Made by a program: the position numbers and the translations under genes
The notes under the pieces: generated by a model
The model's database searches: none
What the model saw: only the letters and a program-made list of their open reading frames with translations
Told to the model about the DNA's origin: nothing
IMG/VR virus record: IMGVR_UViG_3300035698_010612
Coordinates: 3,252 to 67,251 of that record
DNA: 64,000 bases
Source: a virus
Reading direction: 5' to 3' (one strand)
Shown here: positions 36,617-46,802 of the stretch, one piece after another
Numbering within the stretch: the stretch's first letter is position 1
Layout: each line of letters opens with the position of its first letter

Positions 36617-36947
36617 ATCCTTAAAACAGACTTGCGTTTATTGGGGGTCGCCTTCTGCAGATGGCACAGGCGGTTATTCTTTTTCCGAACCTGTTGAGTT
36701 GTCTTGTAGGTGGGAAGACCGCCAGGAATTGTTTATCAATGCACAGGGCAAAGAAGAACGGTCGCAGGCGGTTGTATATCTAAGTCAAGATGTTGACCTG
36801 GGGGGCTATCTTTACCTGGGGGAAATAGACGACTTTGATTCCTCTGCTCCCGATCCGCAAGATGTGGATGGTGTGAAAGAAATTAAATCATTAAAGAAAA
36901 TCCCTAACATGAAGGCGACTGCTTTTCTAAGAAAGGTGTGGTTGTAA
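36597..36947 (+). CDS. Head closure protein
   Basis: QTCVYW...DG.G...PVE..CRWE; position. Confidence 0.7.
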   Translation: MSRLLTKSLKQTCVYWGSPSADGTGGYSFSEPVELSCRWEDRQELFINAQGKEERSQAVVYLSQDVDLGGYLYLGEIDDFDSSAPDPQDVDGVKEIKSLKKIPNMKATAFLRKVWL

Positions 36948-37384
36948 TGGCGAAACAAGTTGTAGGGCTTACATCGGTACTTAAAAACTTAAATTGTGAA
37001 ATCGAAGGTATTAAAAACAGGTCAAAAAAAGGGCTTGTGAAAGCAGGGGCATTGGTAAGACGAGAGGGGGAAATAATTACTCCGGTTGACACAGGAAATC
37101 TTATCAATAGCTGGTACGGCCCCACCGTCACAGAAAAATGGTCTGGAGAGATATACGCCGAAATAGGACTGACTGCTGCCTATGCTCCTATTGTTCACGA
37201 GATGATAGATGCAGAACAAGCCTTATATGATATGTATTATGGGGAACAGGGCAGTGTATATCAAAAGGGTGGTGTTGTCTTCAAAAAACCTGAGGCACAA
37301 CCCAAGTTTTTAGAAACACCGCTCAAAGAAAATGCAGGCAAGATACTTCAAATCATTAGGCGTAACGCAAAGGTAAAAAGATGA
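36947..37384 (+). CDS. HK97 gp10-like tail completion protein
   Basis: PVDTGNL..S, YA..VHE, KFLE.P. Confidence 0.8.
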   Translation: MAKQVVGLTSVLKNLNCEIEGIKNRSKKGLVKAGALVRREGEIITPVDTGNLINSWYGPTVTEKWSGEIYAEIGLTAAYAPIVHEMIDAEQALYDMYYGEQGSVYQKGGVVFKKPEAQPKFLETPLKENAGKILQIIRRNAKVKR

Positions 37385-37782
37385 ACTCACCAGCCATTGA
37401 TATAGCGGGTATATTAGCAACTGCGGGGGTCGGTACTATTAGTACTGACCTTTTTGTTTCTGAACAACCGGATTCGCCGGATAAATGCGTGACCGTATTT
37501 GACACCGGAGGATTCCCGCCAGAATCAAATTATGTTTATGACAAGCCTACCATAAACATAAGGGTGCGTGGGAAAAGGGGTGGGTATGCAAATGCTTACG
37601 CTGTAGCACAGTCGGTTAAAGATGCGTTAAAAGATTTAACAAACGAGGATTTAGGAAGTTCAGGCGATACAGATAGGATTATATCTGTATGGTGCATGGG
37701 GGATGTCATCGCTTTAGGCAAAGACGAACAGGGACGGCCGATGTTATCCCTCAATTTCAGGATTCACAGAACCGGAGATTAA
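37381..37782 (+). CDS. Tail terminator protein
   Basis: PD.PD.C.TVFDTGG, IRVRG, LG.DE.GR. Confidence 0.75.
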   Translation: MNSPAIDIAGILATAGVGTISTDLFVSEQPDSPDKCVTVFDTGGFPPESNYVYDKPTINIRVRGKRGGYANAYAVAQSVKDALKDLTNEDLGSSGDTDRIISVWCMGDVIALGKDEQGRPMLSLNFRIHRTGD

Positions 37783-37882
37783 CAAGAACCAAACAAACAG
37801 AATGAAAGGCGAGCTCCACTTTTTTAAGTGGGGCTTTTTTATTGCCTGAAATCTTAACAATCTAACCAGGGAGGATAAGACA

Positions 37883-38305
37883 ATGGCTAGCAATGCATTT
37901 AGTGGTGTAGGAACTGCTTTTAATAGAGGCGATGGTTCAAGTGCGGAAGCCTTTGTGGCTATCGCAGAGATAAATTCTATCGGTGGCCCCAACTTGAGCC
38001 GTGACGTGATTGATGTGACAAGCCTTGATTCAACGGGCGGGTACAGGGAATTCATCGCGGGTTTCCGTGATGGCGGAGAGGTAACTCTCAACATGAATTT
38101 CACGCTTGACGGGTACGATGACCTGAAAGCCGACTTCGATAGCGACGACACGGTAAACTATCAAATCGTGCTGGCTGACACCGGAGCCACAACCTTTGAT
38201 TTTGCTGCTCTTGTAACAGCACTAGGGGTGTCAGTACCGATGGATGACAAAGTTACTTGTGATGTCACGCTGAAAATAAGCGGTGCGGTAACACCATCAA
38301 CCTAA
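37883..38305 (+). CDS. Major tail tube protein
   Basis: IDVTSLDS.GGYREFIAG..DGGEV, LKISG. Confidence 0.88.
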   Translation: MASNAFSGVGTAFNRGDGSSAEAFVAIAEINSIGGPNLSRDVIDVTSLDSTGGYREFIAGFRDGGEVTLNMNFTLDGYDDLKADFDSDDTVNYQIVLADTGATTFDFAALVTALGVSVPMDDKVTCDVTLKISGAVTPST

Positions 38306-38319
38306 CGTAGCAATGTATT

Positions 38320-38356
38320 GAGCGAGCCTCTTAACCGGGGCTCGCTTTGTTTTTTT
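38320..38356 (+). terminator. Intrinsic terminator after tail tube gene
   Basis: AGCGAGCC...GGCTCGCT followed by T-rich run. Confidence 0.65.
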
Positions 38357-38379
38357 AATCTCATTTTATGAGGTGCTTT

Positions 38380-38775
38380 ATGACTATTTTGACCAGAGAT
38401 CAGATTTTAGAAGCACAGGATTTAACAACCGAGAAAGTAGAAATTAGCGAATGGGACGGGGAAGTTAACGTTAAATCCCTTACCGGAAAGGAAAGAGATC
38501 AATTTGAGGAATCCATCTTTCAGCAAAAAGGGAAGAAGATGGAAAGGAATTTCAAAAATCTGAGGGCTAAACTCGTTGCACTAACCGTTATTGACGACAA
38601 CGGTGATCTGATCTTTGCTCAAAAAGACATCGAGGCACTGGGAGCGAAAAATGCTTCTGCTCTCGATAAAGTGTTTTCCGTTGCTCAGAGATTATCGGGG
38701 CTGACCAAAGAAGACATTGACGATATGACCTCAACTTTAGAAGACGGCCAGAGCGAAGATTCGCTTTCCGATTAG
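38380..38775 (+). CDS. Tail assembly chaperone (lambda G-like)
   Basis: ILTRDQIL, EW.GEV, NLRAKLV, RLSG. Confidence 0.8.
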   Translation: MTILTRDQILEAQDLTTEKVEISEWDGEVNVKSLTGKERDQFEESIFQQKGKKMERNFKNLRAKLVALTVIDDNGDLIFAQKDIEALGAKNASALDKVFSVAQRLSGLTKEDIDDMTSTLEDGQSEDSLSD

Positions 38776-39119
38776 CTCTGGCTTTGGGGTATCCCCACCC
38801 GGACTTTCTTTTGTCTGTTCTGTCAAGCCGGCAACTCTCCGAGTGGATGGCGTATGATCGTTTAGAACCATTCGGGGAGGAACGGGCGGACTTAAGGGCT
38901 GGCGTAGTGGCAAGCGTAATCGCAAATGTCAACAGGGGAAAGAAGGGGAAGGCATACTCTCCCCAGGACTTTACGCTAAAATTCGGGGAACAGGAAGCAG
39001 AAGAACCTTACAAACAATCAACAGAAGAAATGAAAAAGATTATGATGGGAATGGCGGAAGCTACGAAACCTAAAAAGAAGAAAGATTTAAAATCCTTCAA
39101 GAAAAAAGAGGGCAAGTAA
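38721..39119 (+). CDS. Tail assembly chaperone -1 frame extension (lambda T-like)
   Basis: -1 frame RRRPERRFAFRLALALG...EWMAY..LEPFGEERADLRAG. Confidence 0.75.
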   Translation, partial: RYDLNFRRRPERRFAFRLALALGYPHPDFLLSVLSSRQLSEWMAYDRLEPFGEERADLRAGVVASVIANVNRGKKGKAYSPQDFTLKFGEQEAEEPYKQSTEEMKKIMMGMAEATKPKKKKDLKSFKKKEGK

Positions 39120-42100
39120 GTGGCTAATATAGGGACACTTTATGCGAAAATCGGGGCGGATACACGTGGACTGCGGACATCTCTCACTAAAGCAGAACGT
39201 CGCTTTAGACGCTTTAGTACCACCATGACAAAAGGACTGGCAGCCGTACAGAAGCATTGGATTGCTCTTGCTGCGACTGCTGCTGCGGTTACGCTGACGC
39301 TGAAAAAATCCTACAACGAGGCTAAACATTTTGAAACCGCCCTTGTTGACATGGGGAAAGTTACAGATAGAAGCCTTGGAGTGATGAAGAAAGAGGTAAT
39401 GGAGTTGCCCGCCGTCCTGGGAAGTGCCACCGATTTAATGCGTGGCTATTACCAGGTCATTTCTGCGGGTGTGACGGAGCCAGTTGCAGCCATAAAACTT
39501 CTGGTTACCGCAGCTCAAACAGCAAATGCCGCACATATTACCCAGGCAGAAGTCATAAAGGGTTTAACTAAAGTAATGAGAGGTTATGGTGGAGAACTAA
39601 ATGCGGTTAGTGATGCTGCCGATCTTTTGTTTTCTATGGAAAAAGCAGGGCAAACAGAAGTACGGGAATTAGTTCCCGTTATCGGTGGTTTGGCAAAAAT
39701 GTCTCACGAGACAGGTGTAAGCATTAATGAGATGGGTGCTGCATTATCACTTATGACACAGACCGCAGGAGATACAGCAGAAGCATCAACGCAATACAGA
39801 ATGATATTAATGGCTCTGTTAAAACCGATGGGGGCACTAAAAACAGCATTAAAAGACCTTCACTATACATCGGGCGTTGCGATGGTAAAGGAACTTGGGC
39901 TAGCCAATACGTTTAAAACGCTAACAGCCTATATGAGGGAAAACAATATTGCAATGGGTGATATGTTTGAATCTCAAAGGGGTTTGCTTGGCTTGCTTTC
40001 TCTCATGGAAAACAACTTTGGAGAATTTGAAAATAAAATTGAAGAATTATCAAAGAAAACTGGCATGGCAGACAAAGCCTTTAAGGATTGGTCTAAGACT
40101 ATGGCTGCAACAGGGCAGATATTCTGGAATACAATTGGCAAATTACTGATAAGGTTTGGCACTTACATAGCCCCAGCGGTACAAAGTGCGATGCTTGCTA
40201 TTGTAGATGCCATAGAATCAAATTTGGATGGCATCGTTCGTTTTTCAAAAGGTGCTTTATCTGCTTTCGGGGCGTTGTGGAAAGTGATGAGTGCCATGCC
40301 TGTTGGATTGATAAGTTACTTTGATAACGTGCAAAAGGAACTCGCTGAAACAGCGGAGGAAGCAGATAAGTTAAAAGAATCTTTTACCCCACCCGACATG
40401 ACTACTTGGGATGTAGTTTTCACCGACATAAAAAATGCTGTTAGGGGATTGGTACTTATGGCTAAAGGGGTGGGTGCTATTTTTGGCTTAATGGTTGGTG
40501 ATGTGATGGAAGTGTTTAAGTTATTGGCAAGGGAATTGTGGGCGGTAGCAGGAATGATTGAGGGAGTATTAACCCTTGATGTCAGCAAGGTTAAAAAAAG
40601 TTGGAATGAAGTTGGGGCTGTATGGGATGACTATGGCAAAAGAACATCTGCCAACTGGGAAGCATTTGCAAAAACCACAGAAAACAATTGGGATACAATG
40701 ATTGAGGGGATGCGGTCAGAAGTTGATAGTATAGAATTGATTGAACCCATTATTAAAAAAGCAAAAGCAGCACAGAAGCCAGCAGAAGCAGCCGGAGCAG
40801 AAGTTGGAAAAGCGTTTGCCAAAGCGATGACCGACGAAATGATAAAAGCCGAGAGCATGGCAACTGATTGGTATTTAGCTGTCATGGATTTAGAAAAAGA
40901 ACTTACTCGATCTTTGTTGTCTGAGAAAGATCAAAGAATTGCTGCGATTCAAGACGAATACGATGCAAAAATGCAGATTGTAGAGGCATCGTTTCAAAAA
41001 GCTGAATGGATTGACAAGCAGCTTTTAAAGTTAGAGGAGTGGAAAATACAAGAAATTAAAAACGTTAACGAGGATGCTGCAAAAGACACCTCGGACATAT
41101 GGAAAGACTTATTCCTTTCTGCTTCCGAAGATAATTTCGATGGATTCTTAAATTCTATCGAGAACAAATTGAAAAACTTTGCTGCCAATGTAGCTGCCGG
41201 AATATTTGCAGATATGGCAAGCAATCTATTCAGCGGGAAAGATATTACCGGAGTTCTTGGGGAAGTAACAGGCGAAGCTAGTACTGCAGGAACAATCGGT
41301 AAAATGGCTGCATCAAAATCTACAGGTATGTTTAGTTCGGCTGTTGGTGCATTTAAGGGAGCAGTTTCTAAATTTGGTGCTTCTACCGTGACCTTGGGGG
41401 CAGTAGGGATTGCCTTGGCTGGAATAGGTGCGGGTTTAAATCGTACGGAGTATGGGGGCCCAGGAGGAGGTAGTGGCTGGCTGGGAGGATTAAAAGAAGG
41501 AAATGAAAACATGAAAGGTACTGGCCCGATAGGTCAATGGCTGGGAGCAGGAACAGGTGCGTTTCTTGGTTTGTTTGGTATACACCCATTTGGTGCAGGT
41601 GAAAGAAAACGAATGGACGAAAACATTAAACAGGTGGAGGAATATTGGGATGAATACGAAAAAATAATGAAAAAAGGCTATTCGTCGATCGCTGCTTTAG
41701 CCTCTGATTTTGATGCCATGATTTCCCATGACCATATTAGAGCATTACATGCACTGGGAGAGGTGGATGAGAATACGGCAGCCACCCTATATGTATTTGC
41801 AGATGCTTTGAGGGCTTTAAAAGATGAAGCTGAGGGAGCTTTTGCTGTAAGCGTCGATAGTATGAGACGGATGAATACAGCCGGTGGGTTGCTGCTCAAA
41901 ACCCTGTCTGGCGAGCAAGTAGAGAGAGCCACTAATCTAATCAAGAAAATGAATGAGCAGTTCAAAGCTGATTTCATGGAGGATTTCGCAAAAGGGCTTT
42001 ATTCTGCCAGTGATGCCATTCAGCAATTAATGAGAATGGGCATGGATCAACTTGATGCACAGACTGAATTATTCGGTGAAGATTATGCAGAAATGATGTT

Positions 42101-43973
42101 AATGCTCCGGGGTGGTATCCCTGTTATCGATGCTACTTCTGAAAAGTTTAACGAGCTATATGAGACCCTTGATGACCTCGATGCTCTAGTAGCCGATATC
42201 CCCGATAAATATGAGGATCTCAAAAAGTCCCTCACAGAAGTTGCTTATGCGATTCGATACCTCACAAATATGAGCCAGAGCCTTATCAATATGTTTGAGG
42301 ACTTAGATAAGTTGCCCGATATTATTGACTCACTAAACAATGCCATTAAACAGGGGGATTGGGATCAAGCCGCACAAGATTTGCAGTCTTTATCTAACCA
42401 GGCTATCAATGCAGCTTCGGCGTTTACTCAATTAGCAGAAGCAGCCAATTATTTAGGGCTGGCTCAATTAGGAAACGTGGCTGGCTGGTTAGGGCAATTA
42501 CTTACTGGATTAGCTGCGTTGATTGCTATTGGTAAATTTATCGGACAGGTGCTAAAAGCGATCGGGGAATTTTTAGGAATCATCCAAAAAGAATCCGATC
42601 TGGTTATAGACGAATTTGAGTTATGGCAAAAGCAGCTTGAAGATATGGAAGATTCAGGAGTGATTTCCTATGTAACGGATGGGCTTAGAGAGTGGCAGAG
42701 AATTATAGACGAGTTCAATCTCGGTACAGTCAGATCCGACATGAACGCTCTACTGACTGATTTTGTGAAGCAGAAAATGGCTCTCGACGAACTTCTTGAG
42801 CGTGAATTGATTACTCCAAAAGAGTACGGAGCTGCGTGGATGGACTTGATGGCTGCGATGAGAATTTCAATCAATGAATATTTCGACGACTTGCTTGAAG
42901 GCTTCCAGGATTTCAGAGATACCCTTAAACGTGATATGCAGGGGCTCACCAAAGAAGGCCGGACGGCTGCCGATGTAACGGCAGATATATTCAAAGTCTT
43001 TAAAGAAATGGGTGGGCTAAGAGGTTATGACATAAGCATGGATCCCGACGAATACCTGGCTAATGCCGAAGAAATGCGGTCATTAATCCTTGAACGGTAT
43101 GAGATTGAGAAGAAGGGAATAGAAGAAAGCATTGCAAAGCTGACGGAATACCGGGATGCCTGGGAAGCAGCAGCGAAGTCAATCAAAGACATCCTGTTGA
43201 GCATTACCACAGGTGGCCTTAATCCGGCAGCGGGTGTCGACAGTATCGGCGGGATGTTAGATAATGTCAATAGGTTAAGGGCATTATACGAGGGGGAATC
43301 TGGTGTAGAAAAGGCGGGCTATGCTGCCGAGCTTGCCGCTGCCTTGCAGGATTATTTGACAATGGCGGAAGATACCTATTCAAGACCATCGACAGCTTAC
43401 AAGCAAATTTACGATGCTGTTGTAACAGAATTGAAAGAACTACAAAACATCGCAGAAAACAAAGTAAGTTTTGCCGACGCTCTACTGATAAAGCTTGAAG
43501 AAAGGCTGGTTAAATTACAGGAAGACACAATAAAAGAGCTGCAATGGCTGGATAATAATATCGCAACTGCAATGGGTGTTATAAATGAAGCGAGAGACCT
43601 TGCTCTTGGTTCGATTTCTGGCGACATAGAAGCCATCAAAGAGGATATGTTCAATACAAGGTTAAATACAGCAACCACAGGACAGCAATTAGTAACAGCA
43701 AACGAATATTTGTACGATATTGTCACCAATGGGATAAAGATAAAAGGTGGTGGATTAGAAACAAACAATAACCCGACTGCCATACCTGTTCCAAATATCG
43801 GTCCCTACGGAGGGAGCAATGTTTCTTTTTCCGTTGGTGACATTATTATCCAAGCAGGAGAAGGAGCAAACGGAGAAGAAATTGCAAATTCAGTTATGAG
43901 CAAAATTGAAGATGAAGTCAACTATGGCAGGTTTGGCAAAGTGATTATCGAAAAGGTAAAGAGTGCCGCATAG
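39120..43973 (+). CDS. Tape measure protein (1617 aa)
   Basis: MANIGTLYAKIGAD start, TP901-type core, long helical protein after chaperones. Confidence 0.92.
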   Translation: MANIGTLYAKIGADTRGLRTSLTKAERRFRRFSTTMTKGLAAVQKHWIALAATAAAVTLTLKKSYNEAKHFETALVDMGKVTDRSLGVMKKEVMELPAVLGSATDLMRGYYQVISAGVTEPVAAIKLLVTAAQTANAAHITQAEVIKGLTKVMRGYGGELNAVSDAADLLFSMEKAGQTEVRELVPVIGGLAKMSHETGVSINEMGAALSLMTQTAGDTAEASTQYRMILMALLKPMGALKTALKDLHYTSGVAMVKELGLANTFKTLTAYMRENNIAMGDMFESQRGLLGLLSLMENNFGEFENKIEELSKKTGMADKAFKDWSKTMAATGQIFWNTIGKLLIRFGTYIAPAVQSAMLAIVDAIESNLDGIVRFSKGALSAFGALWKVMSAMPVGLISYFDNVQKELAETAEEADKLKESFTPPDMTTWDVVFTDIKNAVRGLVLMAKGVGAIFGLMVGDVMEVFKLLARELWAVAGMIEGVLTLDVSKVKKSWNEVGAVWDDYGKRTSANWEAFAKTTENNWDTMIEGMRSEVDSIELIEPIIKKAKAAQKPAEAAGAEVGKAFAKAMTDEMIKAESMATDWYLAVMDLEKELTRSLLSEKDQRIAAIQDEYDAKMQIVEASFQKAEWIDKQLLKLEEWKIQEIKNVNEDAAKDTSDIWKDLFLSASEDNFDGFLNSIENKLKNFAANVAAGIFADMASNLFSGKDITGVLGEVTGEASTAGTIGKMAASKSTGMFSSAVGAFKGAVSKFGASTVTLGAVGIALAGIGAGLNRTEYGGPGGGSGWLGGLKEGNENMKGTGPIGQWLGAGTGAFLGLFGIHPFGAGERKRMDENIKQVEEYWDEYEKIMKKGYSSIAALASDFDAMISHDHIRALHALGEVDENTAATLYVFADALRALKDEAEGAFAVSVDSMRRMNTAGGLLLKTLSGEQVERATNLIKKMNEQFKADFMEDFAKGLYSASDAIQQLMRMGMDQLDAQTELFGEDYAEMMLMLRGGIPVIDATSEKFNELYETLDDLDALVADIPDKYEDLKKSLTEVAYAIRYLTNMSQSLINMFEDLDKLPDIIDSLNNAIKQGDWDQAAQDLQSLSNQAINAASAFTQLAEAANYLGLAQLGNVAGWLGQLLTGLAALIAIGKFIGQVLKAIGEFLGIIQKESDLVIDEFELWQKQLEDMEDSGVISYVTDGLREWQRIIDEFNLGTVRSDMNALLTDFVKQKMALDELLERELITPKEYGAAWMDLMAAMRISINEYFDDLLEGFQDFRDTLKRDMQGLTKEGRTAADVTADIFKVFKEMGGLRGYDISMDPDEYLANAEEMRSLILERYEIEKKGIEESIAKLTEYRDAWEAAAKSIKDILLSITTGGLNPAAGVDSIGGMLDNVNRLRALYEGESGVEKAGYAAELAAALQDYLTMAEDTYSRPSTAYKQIYDAVVTELKELQNIAENKVSFADALLIKLEERLVKLQEDTIKELQWLDNNIATAMGVINEARDLALGSISGDIEAIKEDMFNTRLNTATTGQQLVTANEYLYDIVTNGIKIKGGGLETNNNPTAIPVPNIGPYGGSNVSFSVGDIIIQAGEGANGEEIANSVMSKIEDEVNYGRFGKVIIEKVKSAA

Positions 43974-43974
43974 C

Positions 43975-44562
43975 ATGGAGAAAACAATCAAAGGATTATT
44001 GAAAGCACTTCTTGCGGTGCTTTTTTTATTTTGTGCATCACCTTGTGGAGCTGATAAGTTCTGCGACTTTATAGACAGGGTACAGGGAACCCATTGCCCC
44101 ACCACAAGTATTACAAGCACAACTACTTCTATCTGTGTTTGCCCGACCACTACCACAACATCTCTACCTGTGCCCGAATTTTGCGGTGAAACCACCAGGG
44201 ATGAGATTGATGATTTAATTACTGCTACCCATGAAACCTTTTGGGATTATCCCTACAGGTTAATATCTGTTGATAGCTTAAAAGAGTTTTTGCGGTTTAC
44301 CGTAATAGAGGACATCCCTACCGGAGATTACAACTGGCATGACTGCGATGATTATGCCAAGCGGCTATTAGGAAAAGTAATGGAATGGGCTCCAGGTATA
44401 GCCTTTGGAATTGCCTGGGTTACAAATGAAGATCGAACGAGTTCACACGCTGTTAATGTGATGATCGACTGTAATTTAGACGTTTGGAGAATAGAGCCAC
44501 AGTGGAACAGAATAGATTTATGGGATGAAACCTCTCATGTAATTTTATTGGGTGAACAATAA
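43975..44562 (+). CDS. Signal-peptide protein with Thr-rich linker and papain/transglutaminase-like domain
   Basis: LLAVLFLFCASPCGA; DCDDYA, SHAVN, IEPQ (Cys-His-Glu). Confidence 0.65.
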   Translation: MEKTIKGLLKALLAVLFLFCASPCGADKFCDFIDRVQGTHCPTTSITSTTTSICVCPTTTTTSLPVPEFCGETTRDEIDDLITATHETFWDYPYRLISVDSLKEFLRFTVIEDIPTGDYNWHDCDDYAKRLLGKVMEWAPGIAFGIAWVTNEDRTSSHAVNVMIDCNLDVWRIEPQWNRIDLWDETSHVILLGEQ

Positions 44563-46035
44563 ATGGCAAATGTTGTTACAAATGACCCGAACTGCAAAGC
44601 TCTATACAGGTTTGAATCAGGGGCATTAACTGTAGATTCAAAAGGGAGCAATACGCTTACCAATGTTGGTTCTGTTGCCGAAGATACTGATTCAGCCGAT
44701 GTCGTGGAAGGTGATTGTGCAGCCTACTTTGATGATACTGTTAATCAGTATTTGTACAGAACCGATGCAAATTTAGATTCGGGCTTCCCTTGCAAAAGCG
44801 GAGAAAGCAATCGAAGTTTCTCGTTCTCGTCTTGGTTTAAGCCCGATGCTGTAGGGATTCCCGCATTACAAGTATTGTTTGGGAAACTTTACGGTGGTTC
44901 TTTACAAAATTCTTTTTATGCTAATATGAGCAACAGTTCCAAAAAGATTTCACTTGGTATGTATCGGGACGGAACCGACACGGTAGATTTTTTGACCCAC
45001 GATTCCGTTTTGACCGATGATGGGAACACTTGGTATCACATAACCTTTACATTTGATTCAGTCACGAAAGCACGACGAATACGAATACAGGATGCGGTGG
45101 GGGCTACCGTAGGAACTGACAAAACCGATACCTGGGGGTATCAGATTAATATCGGCAATGCATGGTTTTACATTTCTTCGGCTACGGTTCAGAATGTTGG
45201 TGGCAACATAGATGAGTTCGTAGTTTTTAATGATGTTCTTACTGTTGACGAAACAGATGCTATCAGGGCTGGCACTTATGTTTATATTGAATTTATAACC
45301 GCTAATGCCATTGGCTTCCTTTGTGACCTTGTTGATCTCGATTCAACCGCAGCTTGCGATAACGAAGACAGTAGCTTCCTTCTGGAAAATGCCACCGAAG
45401 ATTATGACCGACCATTCAAACGGCTCCACGCACAAGACACAACCGAGACCACAATAGATTTAGGGTATCAATCAGCTATTGATTCCCTATTCATTGGTAA
45501 CTGCAATTTCGATAGTTTTAAAATAGAAGTTAGTAGCATTCAATATGATTTCACAACAGTTATGGATAAAGATACCGGTTGTTACAATGCACTCGTCCGC
45601 ATAGAAGATTCGATAACCAGCTTAAAATTAATCATACCCTCGCAAACACCAAACAACGGCGAATCGTTTTTTGCTATCGGTGTGCTTGTCGCTGCCGTCC
45701 GGGCAGACTTTACTAAAAACCCACAATACCCATTAGATAAAAAGCTGGAAGAACCCACTTTTAAAATGCGGTTTGACGGCCAGAATACCGAAGTTCAGAA
45801 CATCGGCAGACCCTACCACCTCATCAAATACAACTGGAATGCGATAAACGATGTTGATATCGAAGAGCTCCAGGATATTGTCAGGGAACTTGGACAGGCG
45901 GGGATCGGGGTATTGTATGAAAAACGGGATGATTACGAAGCAGCTTATCTATGCCAGCTTTTGGGCGGGTTCTCACATCCAAGAATATTAAATGAACACT
46001 ATCAGTCATCGTTAGAGTTCAGAGAGGTCGTATGA
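44563..46035 (+). CDS. Tail tip protein with N-terminal LamG-like domain
   Basis: LYRFE...WYHITFT...IDEFVVFN; position after TMP. Confidence 0.65.
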   Translation: MANVVTNDPNCKALYRFESGALTVDSKGSNTLTNVGSVAEDTDSADVVEGDCAAYFDDTVNQYLYRTDANLDSGFPCKSGESNRSFSFSSWFKPDAVGIPALQVLFGKLYGGSLQNSFYANMSNSSKKISLGMYRDGTDTVDFLTHDSVLTDDGNTWYHITFTFDSVTKARRIRIQDAVGATVGTDKTDTWGYQINIGNAWFYISSATVQNVGGNIDEFVVFNDVLTVDETDAIRAGTYVYIEFITANAIGFLCDLVDLDSTAACDNEDSSFLLENATEDYDRPFKRLHAQDTTETTIDLGYQSAIDSLFIGNCNFDSFKIEVSSIQYDFTTVMDKDTGCYNALVRIEDSITSLKLIIPSQTPNNGESFFAIGVLVAAVRADFTKNPQYPLDKKLEEPTFKMRFDGQNTEVQNIGRPYHLIKYNWNAINDVDIEELQDIVRELGQAGIGVLYEKRDDYEAAYLCQLLGGFSHPRILNEHYQSSLEFREVV

Positions 46036-46802
46036 TTCTTTTATCAAGCATTACCGACTTTGATTCCGGCTGTACCGCTACGAGTGAGGAAACGGATTAT
46101 GATTTAGACAATGTCCTTGACTATGAAAAGCCGTGGTTGAAGTGGCGATCAACAAATACAGATGCACAGACCCTTACTCTGAATTATACGGGTGCGATAG
46201 ATTGCATTGCTATTTTTGGGGCGAACTTTGACGACATTACAATAGGGGCGGGGGCTGGTTTTGGTGCTGAACCTTTTGGGGCATTCCCCTTTGGTGGCGG
46301 GGGTGGCGGGGGATCAGACGAAACGCTTGGTTATCTAAGGGCTCTCGGTGAATATCGAGGGTTTTTTTCTTTTGCAAATATATCAGATTCCATTCAATTA
46401 ATAATCCCCAGTCAAAGTGTTGATGAAGATTATTATACTATATCCGCTATAGTGATCGGGGTTAAAACTACACTTACAGACAAGCCATTAAGTCCCCTCG
46501 AAAAAGAACTAATCCTTCCGGTAAATGAAGTTATGCTGGAAAGCAAAGTTCCCAAAAAATCAGCATTGGGAAGTGGCTATCATATTCTCAAAGCAAACCG
46601 CAGGGGGCTTGACATATCGGGGCTTGATGAACTAAGGGCAATCAAAAGAGCAAAAGGCAAAGCGAGTATTTTTGTTGTATATGAGAACCTTGGGAAAACA
46701 CAGGATGTCTTTTTGGTGAGACGGACAGAAAATTTCGCATACAAAGAGGCGGGGTATCACGACTATCAAGATAATTTAATTTTGGAAGAAATAGCCGGAT
46801 GA
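46032..46802 (+). CDS. Distal tail-like protein with Gly-rich insertion
   Basis: Resembles C-terminal half of previous gene; GFGAEPFGAFPFGGGGGG. Confidence 0.55.
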   Translation: MILLSSITDFDSGCTATSEETDYDLDNVLDYEKPWLKWRSTNTDAQTLTLNYTGAIDCIAIFGANFDDITIGAGAGFGAEPFGAFPFGGGGGGGSDETLGYLRALGEYRGFFSFANISDSIQLIIPSQSVDEDYYTISAIVIGVKTTLTDKPLSPLEKELILPVNEVMLESKVPKKSALGSGYHILKANRRGLDISGLDELRAIKRAKGKASIFVVYENLGKTQDVFLVRRTENFAYKEAGYHDYQDNLILEEIAG

